Assembly (NCBI RefSeq): GCF_964204645.1
Contig: NC_134032.1
Span: 8,544,275-8,608,274 of the forward strand
DNA: 64,000 nucleotides
Reading direction: 5' to 3'
From: Tubulanus polymorphus
Taxonomy: Eukaryota > Animalia > Nemertea
The notes under the pieces were generated by a model. The model saw only the letters and a program-made list of their open reading frames with translations. It was not told where the DNA came from and ran no database searches. The position numbers and the translations under genes were made by a program. Below are positions 13,701 to 25,700 of the stretch, one piece after another. Position 1 is the first letter of the stretch; every line of letters starts with the position of its first letter.

Positions 13701-16700
13701 AGTGATATTTGGAGCAGTCTCTCTAGTGGATGGCTCCAAGAATATTTGGAAAAATGTAATATTTGGAGCAATATCTAATGAATTGCGCCGATGATATATA
13801 TAGCGCATTCCCTTTCTCGAGTGGGTGACAGTTTTGGCGTAGGCTATGATCGCCCATCGTGGAAACTGTGTATGTACTGTTACTGTTTGAATTTTGCAGG
13901 CTAAAATAACGGGGAAACTTTTTCCCAAGATCCTTGAAAACGTTTTCGAAACTCGAAATTTTCTAATCGTATGCGAAAATATTTCAGGCCCGCCACAACA
14001 CGACTACCGCGATCACGATCCCTACGATATATACCTGTACACCGAGTCCGGTAACAACGTTCGTTTTAGTTCGTCGTTTTCGGTTTTTTTTCTTTATTTT
14101 GTTTTCCATTTTTCTGGCGCCGTAAAAAAAAACAGCCCAAATTTTCGACGTAACTTCATCAGATTTTGGGATTTTCGAAGTTTTCATTTCTCATCGAAAT
14201 TTTTCGCTCGTTCGGAATTCGGAAGATCTCGATGTCTAATTTGAATCCAAAAAACTTCTCTTTCGAAACTTTTTTCAATCTTCCCTGAAATATATTTTTT
14301 CGTTTCGTTTTAAAGACTTTTTCTGATATTTTTAAATCTTATGTTATCAATTTTTTTCTTGTAAACAACATTCTCGAATTTAATTTACACTTTTTGGCCG
14401 TAAATTGAAATATTTTAAAACTTTTCCCATAAATTTCTTTTTTCTCTTCGTTCCAAATCTTGTCTGTCGTTGCTTAAATAAAATTGATAAAAATCTGTAT
14501 ATTAAACCTTTCTTCGGTATTTCAATATTTCTAAGGTGGTTTCTCAATGAGATAAACTTTTGCAATTATTTCTCGCGAAAATTAATCGCGGCACATTTTA
14601 TCGAATCCATTTTACCAAAATCTGTAAGTTATTGGCAAAATCGGGGCTGCCATTTATGATTTTATCGTTAATTAAGATATAGTCCGTGTTCAAGATATAT
14701 GGTTGTTAGATATTACTACTAGTGCCCCCTTCTGGATATTTTACTAACATTTCAAATAAGCCAGTTTTTTAACGAAATATAGAATGGTTGATTTTTATCG
14801 GAAAGTCGCGTTTATGCTATAGTTTTCGTACTACTTGTGAGCGTCGATTTCCAAAATAGTTGAAGTAGCAAGCGTTAAAAGAATGAACAATTATCTAATC
14901 ATTGAGAATGTTGCAGTTTGCACCGTAAAGGGTTAACTTGAATTTCCCTAGCCATAATTACACCGTCTTCCTTGCCCCCTTTACTACCCTCCCCCCTTTA
15001 CTACCCCCCCCCCCTTTCCTCAACTCACCCTCACCTCACGATACCCATTGAATATTGTTAGTTTGCTCGAGTAGGTTTTCATCAAATGCTACACGAATCG
15101 TAGTTCTGTTAAGTTGCACGGAGTTGCCCGGTGTTGCACGAAGATGCCTGCAGTCATCTACGGTTGCCAGAAGCCTTATTTCGCTATGTATTTTTACTAA
15201 CGGTCTATAGCTTCGTTAATCGATTTTCAGTTGAGACCCCCACGCCTGCGTTATTTTCATTTCAACATGCGAACTCACAAATCTTTTGTTGTTTTCCATT
15301 TTGTGTTTTTTAAGCTGGATATCCGATAGAGGGTACGTTATCCTCGATTGCGCCCCCTATTATTCGATCGACCCCGAATATTTTTATATTCGATCGAAAT
15401 TATCATATTAGCATCGATTGAACTTACCTTCCCTGAAATTCTCCATTCCCCTCCCCCTGCACCGTAGTAGTCCTAAAACGCTAATCGAAAGGATCCTCGC
15501 CCCTGCAGACGCTTCCAAAAAATCTACTATCATAAATCTACCCACGTTATCAAATCTCCCCTATAGACACTTTTTGAAAAGATGGTCGCCTACGAAAATC
15601 CCCCTATGACATCAGCTAATCGCCATTAGTAAATTTACATTAATTGCCGTGGAATCTTATCAATATGATGTCATAGGGGGATTATGGGGGATTTATCATC
15701 TTTTTTCGGAATGTCCGTGGGGAAAAGTTCAGGACGTGAAAGCGGCGGGAACCTTTTTTCGTACGGGTCTTTCGGATTGATTTGATGACGTCATAGGGAG
15801 ATTTGTATATGCAGCCATCATTTCCGGAAGTGTCTCTAGGCGGTGATCAATGATATCGTGATAGGGAATCATTGGAGCCAGCCGTCGGACCTCGAATCCA
15901 ATTTTTTCTCAGAACCCAGAATTCTCTAAATTCTGATTGCAGCGACAGCGGCGACTGCGCCCGGATCGGCTGCGTCCGAAGAAAAAACGATCACTGGTGA
16001 TTACTAAGAAATATTTACTATATATATTACGTCGAATTTTGGCCACCAGGGGGCACCGCCAGGCTGTGGGTTTGTCGGAATGATAAAACAATTCGATTAC
16101 GCACCTGTATTTTTGGAATCGGTGATTCAGGCAACAAATGATGAACGGTTCTGCTTCGATGTGGGTTTCAAGTTTGCACGCGGTAACGAAAAGAAATGCG
16201 GCCTTTTTTAAACGTCTCCGCCCTCGTATCATCATCGCCCATCCTGTGTAAACAAAAATCTAAATATCACGTCTAATTATAAAAATCATAGCACCCCTCC
16301 GCCCGAAAAGTTCGCAGTTTCACGGTTGCTGCATAATTACGACTATAAAGTTATTAAGTCGAATTTCTTCGTTGAAATTCGAAGGGCGGTTTCGTTAACA
16401 TATTTCAGAAAGAACGTATGATAACTTCGATGTAGTTAACTCGCAACCATGGAACGCGTCTTGAATCATTGAATGTATATTTCACATACATGTGTTTTTT
16501 GTGACGCATCCCGAATTTTTAAAAATTTTTTCGAACAGTTTTCGCACCATTTTTTCGCGATGTCTCAATTTCGCGATTTTCAAATTTTTCCCATTGCTAA
16601 AAGCCATTGAATTTTCTTCCAGCTCCTAATTCTCGATGCCGCCACTTTTATCCATCATGCATCGTACTTATAAACGCTACTGCGCTTTGTCCGGAATTGT

Positions 16701-19700
16701 GTACCCGGGTTTCTTCGGAAGCCAGAGTACACATTTCCACAGTGGTCGGAGTTAAATTTTGCCCGTTCAGTCAAAGTGATTGAAAATGAACTAATTTTGA
16801 CTGTAGAGTTCAATTAATTGGAAATGAATTTATATTGACTGGAAATGAACTAATTTTGACTGTGGAGTTAAAGTAATTGAAAATGAATTGATTTTGACCG
16901 TAGAGTTAAAGCAATCGAAAATGAATTGATTTTGACTGAAAATTAACTAATTTTAACTTTAAGAAATTGAAAATTAACCTATTTTGACTCTTTTTGACGG
17001 TAAAATCTAACTCGAAACTGTGGAAGTTGGTCCAGATTATATTCAGGTTTTTAGGATTGTTGCTCGTTGCTACGCCGGTGTTGCTACGCTGTTATTTCGC
17101 TTTAGATCGGCGATCGTCGCAACCTGATTTTAGATCAAAAGCTTATGTACGCGCACCGCCAACCAAGTGGTCGCGAAAACCCTCGCTGACCTCGGCGGAC
17201 CATTTTTTCAGGTCCGGCTACGCGAGATGCTTTCCATCTCTACGATTCGCTTATCTCAACTTATTGATCCGTCGCTTTCGTATCAGCAAGGGTTTGAAAG
17301 TTAGATACCATTGCCACCTATTGTCTAGCGTATAGACCGCTTGTCCAATGACGACCCAGAGTTCGGCAGTCCGCGGGTAAGCGGATGAAATTGAATCATC
17401 GCGATTGTCAGAATCTAGATTGTCGAAGTTTTGATTCGGGAATCGACTTCATTCGGAAAAAAACACCGAATTTTGAATCAAAAATAGTTATAAGGTAGTC
17501 GAAAATGAACTAATCATGACTCCGCAATCAAAGCCATATCGACATTTGTCATGGCAGATTTGGCTCCTGACTTATTGAGCGAAGAAATTGAATTTCGACT
17601 ATTTTGACCGAACTGGGTCCGTCGTGTGCGTGCGTCTGCTTAGTATCTCGCTGCCTGGTTTTTTTTGGTGACGCTTCGCTTGAAAAAATCTCTAAATCGT
17701 TTTCTATGCTTTTACGTATATTTTTATAAGCAGTTCAGCCAGCTTCCTCCAATCGTAAGTAGTAGGCCGTTTGTCCACGTCCGTCGTTTACACAGCACCA
17801 CCACGAAACTGATCGGCATTGCTGTATATGTGTATTTCGTTTCATTGTCACGGCAAACACTTTTTAGTTTACAAACTAACCCCCTGTCCATGTACACCGT
17901 TAACTGTTGCAACCAAATTTTTGTTCGATTTTCCAATTTTGTTGTTCCGGAGGAAAAAGAACGGAATCTATTCCCGATGATAATACGAAAAGGGCTCTCT
18001 AATTCGCACAGCATTGCTCGTTCCTTAAGAAAAAGATTCTTCGGACAAAGGAAGATTTGAAGGATTTAATTTAATTTTGCAAAGTCGTTTTCATTTATTT
18101 TTGCTAAGACCCCTTGCTTTTTTATGGGAATAGTTCCGTTTTTTTTTTTAATGATTTCGGAGTCGAGACTTAACTTAAAATTTTTAGTCTCGACCCTGGA
18201 ACCGGTCTTTACGAATGAAAAAAATTGATTAGAAAAAAATTTGTCAGTTGTTTGTCCTTGAATGTTAAGACAGCCCTCGCACTTGCTAAAATACCTTTGA
18301 AATATCGTTTTCGAAAAAATCTCTGATTCAAAAAACAAATCGGCGTTTTAGCTCGTGTTGGGTCGGTGTTTCGTTAGATGGTTTTTAGACGGTCGCGGAA
18401 AATTATCGAAAATCCACTCACTTGTAGAATCGCACCCAGAAAACAACTTTATCCCACTTTTCCTGCGATTTTCGTTGATTTTTTCGAATGTTGAACCGTG
18501 CGCGAAAACGATTATTCGATATTCAAAAGTGTAGCAGAATTATGCCGCGTGGCCGTGTTCTATAGAACAGGGTCCCGAGTCCTGATCCACAGTTCTCTGA
18601 GATATAAGTTTGAACGGTATATGGAAAGAGTTTTAGTTACGATCATTCTCACGAATGAGTTACTGGTTTAGACGTCGAATGCCAGCTACAACTTGTATTT
18701 TGTGAATTGCCGTGCGGAAAACGGCCCCCACCCTTGTTTTTGTTCTCATTGAAAACTTGAAGTAACCGATTAACTAAACCAAAATCATAATGTGGGTTTA
18801 CATATTTACGTGAAACTGGACCCGAACTCGGAACTGTGGAATGGGGCTGAACGTGCGTAGGTATGAAAGTTTGCCTTTCAATAATGCTGACGCATTGAAA
18901 AAAGTAAGAAAGGGTAAATTTCGAACACCTGAACCGGGTTTCATAGATGCGGAAGCAAGATATTTGTCAGTTATAGCCATGGTTTCTCATTGTTACTACG
19001 GTGGTTGTTATCCAGGGCCCAGTTCCACCGTCGTGAGTTAAGATTTGACTCAGAGTTAACCAATTGAAAATGAATTAATTTTAACTCAGAGTTAACTCTA
19101 ACTCACAACCGTGGAACTGGGTCCAGATTTAGTAGTTACCCCTAGGGATAATTTCGATACCAGTCTATGAAACCGGGGTCCTGTTCTATATAACAAGGCT
19201 CTTTTGGTGGTCGAAAAATGAAGGGACGCTTCGATCGGGTTCGTTTGAATCGAGAAATACACTCGATTCCGGAAGGAATAGTCGAACTCGTTTAAGTTGG
19301 CGTTTCCCAAATAACGACTTAGGTACACTTAAGTGAAATGAATAGCAATACATGTTGGGACTCAAAAACAAATTTTGTCGGTCCTCGCGACTGTTGACTG
19401 GAGCGATATGAGGACTCGACGGCGAGTTCAAACTATATCCACGAATCCGATCCGACTTCCTGTAATTCGCATTCGTTGAATCGTATTCACGCGAATTTCG
19501 ACTCTAACGCCAGAAAATCGATAGTCGTCTCGGAATTGTTCGAAGAATCATCTCAATCAAAATATCTTGATAAAAATATAACCTATTCCTAAATTTTCCT
19601 CTTTATTTCATTCATTAATTCATTCGCTCATTCTGTATGATATTTTTGTGCATCGCTTCAACGGCAGCCGTCGTGCTTCTCTTCGTTATTTTCAGTGCGC

Positions 19701-22700
19701 ATCCCGCCGTCGATCAACTCGGTGACGCCGAGTTCGCTGATCTCGTCGAACGAACGCGCGACGTTGACGTGCAAGGCCAACGGCTCCCCGAAACCGAAGT
19801 AAGTACCCCCCCAGCGTCGGCGCTCTGTTACCAGTCTGCTGACGGCGTTTTTCGTAAATTGTATGTTTTCAGTGCGCATCCCGCCGTCGATCGTGTCGAA
19901 ACTAAAATCGGCGTTGTTGGCCAGCTCCGAAAAAGCTGTGTTCAAGTGCAACGCCACCGGTAGCCCGAGCCCGAAGTAAGTAGTGTTATGTTGTTCGCAT
20001 CGTCGCCCGCTCGCCGCTGCCGCTACTGCCACCAGATGGCATTTCTTCGTGACGGGTTCCGCTTTAGATGACCTCGGAAGCGTGCGCATACACACATACG
20101 CATACCACATAACGCTCGCTCTTTAGTCTCCTATACGTTCCCGACCGGTCCTGTTTGCGAATCGTTCACATCAAGGATGATAAGGCTTAGTACCGTGGTC
20201 GAATCTGTACAAGGGAAAAACAGACCTGACTACGGCTACTATTTGATGGTAGTTTCTACCTTTTTGAGACCTCAATTACTTCCAAAGTCAAAGTGGTTTC
20301 TAGTTCATATTTTTATCTTACTAATTTTCCTGTCAAGTGACTCCCTTAAGTGGTGAAAACTATGCTAAAATGGAAACACCGAGTAGTCAGGTCTGGAAGA
20401 ATGTGTCAGAGTCTCACGATGCCGTTAGGTTCAAATCCCAGCCAGCAAGTAATGTCCCAGAGTCTTATGACATTATGAGGTTGAAATCCCTGTGCGGGAG
20501 GAATTTCGCGTAGTCTCATGATGTCATAAGATGGAAATCCCAGCAAGAGAGGAATGTGACAAAAGTCACGATGCCATCCGTTCCCTGCGAGGGAATAATA
20601 GCCACGACACCGTCAGGTTCAAATTCCAGCAATGTGCCGGAGTTTCGTGATGCCATCATGGCGCAAATCCCTGCGAAGCGGTGAGTCTCATGATGCCATC
20701 TGTTACTAATCCCTGCAAGGGAGGGATGTAGCAGAGTCTCTGGACGTCAACAGTCTCACGATGCCGTCTATTCTATGCTGGGGAATGTGCCGTAGTCTCT
20801 TGACGTCGCAACGTTCGACTCCCTGCAGGGGAGGGATGTTACCGTCTCCCGATGTCATCTGGTTCCAATCCCTGTCAGTGAGACTGACATTAAGTGTAAC
20901 ATCGATAGTTTCAAATGTGTGCTAATGAAGAACAAGCAATCAGAATTTTTTGGAACCAACCACCGGTCGGGATGGGCAGCTTACAGCAGTAAACATGTAG
21001 ATCGATATTGAAATATTACTTACCGTATTTATTTTCTAAACGAAAAGACAAATAGCGAATTTTGTAATGCTATCTACATTATAAACCTATAACGTAGTTC
21101 GACAGGTATGAATTGAAATTTCTGCATTTTGGCGAAATGCGATGATAATATTCGAACAGCCGATACAGCTGAAAATATAGTACTCTTCTTTTAGCCATGG
21201 TAATGGGAACAATAATGTATGTATAGTTACGCATGCGACTATATCGCTTTGAAATATAGAAAAATGTACGAAATAGGTAATTTCTCGCTACGTGGAATTT
21301 TACCCACTCGACGGTATTTGATTTTCGTCAGATCGCAAAATTTCGATTGGCGTCAGTGTTCATTGCTGCCTCCTACGTGCTTCTCAACATAAGGCTTATT
21401 TACCCCTGATCCCACATCTCCCCGCGACCCGATAAATGTGCCGTCAATGTTGATTTTAAAAGATGTCGATGTTCAAAAACACTATACGACCAAAAAATAT
21501 TTGTAATTGATGGCAGTGCGATGACTGAATAAATGATTTCATAAGGAGATTTATAAAAGCATTCATAATGGTTTATTGCTGTCCGAAGACCCAAAAATTA
21601 ATTACGGTAGCATTCACACTTGGCGCTACGCCGCATAGTTTTGCTATCAGCACCATCATTGGCTGAAAATTTCCTGGGGAATTTCATTACAAAGTTTTGA
21701 GGAAGAGATTTTCACGATGAAACTTTTGACATCCGTGAATTTTGAAAATTTCGGATCGGAAACGGTTTTTCCGCTTGAGGGTTATAGAATTTGATAATTG
21801 ATAAGTCTGCCCCTCTTGGGAGGTCATGGGAACCCAGCTCTCCCAGAGGTCCATCATCTACTCACCCTCTTGAGAGGTTAGACTGAAGTCATGAATTATT
21901 AAATCCACCTCATCAAGATGTCAATAAGTCTACCTCCCTGAGAGACCCACCATCCATCCATCCATCCAGACTGAACCCTTTGAGAAAGGTTAGGAGTCAG
22001 TCTCCCTGTAAGTTTGGAAGTGTTGAGTTCCTCTGGCTGAGGGTCCCGAACTCCCCTACCCTGCCCTCCTGCTAGTAGAAAACACATCAAAAATAGCACC
22101 AAAATATAGATAAACTTATATAGCTTCGTTAATGCCTTTACAATACATTAACCCTGTGGTGGTTTAGGTCTACAGTTGAACCAAGTTGCTCACAGTTGCC
22201 CGCACGGTCGTCTTCTTTCTTTTAGGATCCGCTGGATGATTAGTTCCGGTAACAGCGAGTTCTCTCCGGTCACTCACATCCCAGGATTCTATGAATTCCC
22301 GATTAAACCGGATGGAACGCGCGATCACACGCAGTTGAAGGTGCGACCGAGTCGCAACAACGAGTTGGCCGCAAAGACCCCGCCGGAGAACTTTAAATAC
22401 GCGTGCTACGCCGAGAACGATTACGGAAAAACGGCGTCGAACAACGTGGTCGTCAATGAGAAATGTAAGTTCACGGCTGTCCTTTGCCAACACCCATCCC
22501 CCCACTTTATTTAGACTAGTGAAAACGTTAGTACAGTTACCCCCCTTCCTCTCTCCCCACTCTTCCCCTCCTTTTTTTACTAACAGTTGGTGGTTGATTA
22601 ATAATGAAAGTTTATATCCCCTGCTCTATTTCCACCCCCATGTTTTGTCATGATTTGACCTGCATCACAAGTCCCGCTACACGCCTTATGTGTGCGGATT

Positions 22701-25700
22701 CTTTAGGCTTATGTCGTCATTCAAAACTTGAAATTAGACCAGTTCTTAGATTTGAACCAATCTTCGGACATAAGCCGCAGCAACCGTACTACCAATAGGC
22801 CCTGGATTATTGTGGGTTTTTTTTTAAATAGAAAATATCGATGAACCCGGTCCTTGTCAATTTCTGTAATGTGGAAAAATTTTCAAACGAATTATTAATG
22901 TAAAATCTTGTGTCCTCCTGCAGACACCGGTGACTTCAGCCCGGAGAATTTGAAGGTGAAACCGACGTTGCAGGTACAGGAAGGCTTGACCACCGAATTG
23001 AAATGCAACCCTCCGGACTCGTTCCCGAAGCGAGCCATCATCTCGTGGCTGATCATCAAAGGATACGGAAAGGTCGACGCCAGCACCGTACGCGCGATCA
23101 CCACCGATACGAGGGTTATGATCGGTCCAAACGGTAAGAGTTCGATCTGAAAAAAGAAATATGTACGTTTATATCCCATTATAACTGACTACTTAATACC
23201 CCTAAAGTGCTGGAGATTTTTAAAGATTTCATCCCAGTTTGTCACTGCCTTATGACATTTACACCGAGGTACAGCATATTGTTAGTTATTGATATTTCGG
23301 TATGTTTGCTGCTGTCTTTCAAATTACTATTGGCATCAATACACTGCGATAAGGTGTACTAGCAAAGTTCATCAATTTATACACCGCATTGCGGTGTAGA
23401 TGCACTGAAAGGGTTTTCTTTTGAAGAATGGATTTACTTAATTTTCCATGATATCGTGATGGGGGATTAATCTAGGCGGACATTATGTTTAAGTGTTCTA
23501 AAATGATTTGATCGTACATAGGTAACCTGTTTTTCTCGCAAATTTTACCATCCGACGCGACCAAACCGGACTCGGATGAGACATACGTCTGTCAGTACAA
23601 TAACGCCGCGCAGGGTACTATCAAACAGGGCAGTCCGATTTCCATCAAAGTGAAACCAAGTAAGTCAGATCACGTCAAATTTGAAGATAGCAAATGTTCT
23701 ATTTTTTTTTCTTGCCGTATCCTTTTTGAACAACAAAATTTTGTTCTAAATACAGAAATCTATTTTGACAAAACGTCTAGATTTATTATGAGTTTTAGTC
23801 GTTTGTTTTCAAGCTAGAAATATTGAAATGTTCATTATTCTAGACTAGGGATCAATCGACGTGAGTTGAAGTTGATTTTATGGACAAATTCAGATCAGAC
23901 ATTTCCAAAATTTGTGCTTGAAAATTGCGGTTTTTATTTAGCATTTTGTTTCAAGACGTCCAAACTTTTCGATTGCAGATCCCAACATGCCAAACAAGCC
24001 TCCGGCGTTGATGGCCAATTCGCCGCCAGTTGTAAGCGCATTAGAACGCGATCAGATCGACCTGTATTGTATTTCAAGCGCCAAGTAAGTGCTTAAAAAG
24101 ATTCGCTTTAATAGTCCGGTCATTCAAGTCGAAATTAGTTCATTTCCGATTTCGCTATTCCATTAACTACTACGTTCCATTCGAAATGAAGTCACCTTTT
24201 CACTGTAGTACATCGACTAGCCTAACACACCGGGGCTAGAAAGTGAATTTCATATCTTTTATGAGGCTCGTTTCGCAATATATTCGTGCTCGCGAGTTCA
24301 TAATATTTGAAGTCGAGACCCAGTTTCGAAAATTTGAAAACTGGAAGTGAACCAATTTTGGCCGACTGTTCGGTCATCGTGTCGGTGGGATAGTATTTGT
24401 GTACCTGCTGATTGTGTAAATATTTTTGCGTATATTTTATTTTTTCAGGCCGGTCGCTACCGTTTCGTGGCGTCGCCTCAACGGCAAGCCGATGCCGTCG
24501 AATCATTCGTATTCGAACGGCAACGTTCACTTGTATTTGAAAAACGTCGCACCGAGTTACGCCGGCGAGTACCAGTGTACGGTGTCGAACTCGATGGGCA
24601 GTAAAACGTCCACAAGCCGCGTTGAGATCATGAGTAAGTTTTTATAGCAGAAAAAGCCGTCAAAATTTCTTTTCTTTAAATATTAGTCTCGGGGAATAGT
24701 CAGGGAATTTTGTAAGGAAAAAAAGAAGCTAAAAATCAGGGAAAAGTCGGGAAATTTGTTGAAATTGTTATATCCCGCGTATGAGTGAAATTAAACAGTT
24801 TCCGTCTCTGTCTTATATACTTGACTGTGTTGATTGATTGGATTCTTAGCAGATTAAGTGATAACAACTTGAATCTCTGGGAAAAGTCAAATAAGAGTGG
24901 CCACCCTGTCAAATAAAAAGCCAATGATTCACGCGGAAAAGATATCTTAAATTGAACAATGTTAAAATTTAGACGAAATTGTGATTGTAAGGCGAATATC
25001 CACTCCGTCGTAGAATTGAGTCGTCACTCTCATGAGAATATCAACGTAATGCCATTTGGAGCAATCCCATTCTATAGAGGCTGGCTCCGAAATGATCAAA
25101 ACAGGTTTTTGAGCCATTAGGGTGAATCGATGATTTTCATAATGTTGTGTTCAGAGCCACTCTTTCTCTAGTTGGTGACTCGACTGATTATTACAGATCA
25201 ATGAGTGTAATTACAAAAAGAAAGGTGAACGTACGTATTCTCCTGAAATCGTTCATTTTTCTTGCGATTTTACTTTCAGCTTTACCGAAGTTCATCAAGA
25301 AACCGGTAGATTCGACGTACATTATCGGCGGCACAGCTAAATTCGAATGTCAGGCGACCGGTAACCCGACCCCGACTACTGAATGGCTCGAAAATCTTGT
25401 CCCAGTTCCCCGTAAGTGAATGAAAATTTTTCAATGAGCTTATGGAAGTGGGGGGCCGTAACTTCAAATCTTAAACACGACTGGAAAATTTGGAGAGTAG
25501 CTTTTTACTCGTTTCGTTGGTATCGGCGATTCCCATTGGTCAGTTTGCAGACGTTTCTTTCATGAACCAATCAAAATGGCGTCTACTTATTACTTGTAAA
25601 TAAAAATCAATAAAAAAAAATCATCCAAGAATCAAGTTAATACTTCTCTAAAATCAAAAGATATGTGATTTAGTTAGTAACTTAGGCTGAACGAAAGTGG

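Noticed and set aside
19637-20110. ORFs 19637-19963(+) and 19658-20110(-)
   Set aside because: Off-frame or antisense read-through of exons A and B.
20395-20880. CRISPR-like repeat/spacer array
   Set aside because: The whole unit is degenerately repeated with no unique spacers, there are no cas genes, and the context is a eukaryotic intron.
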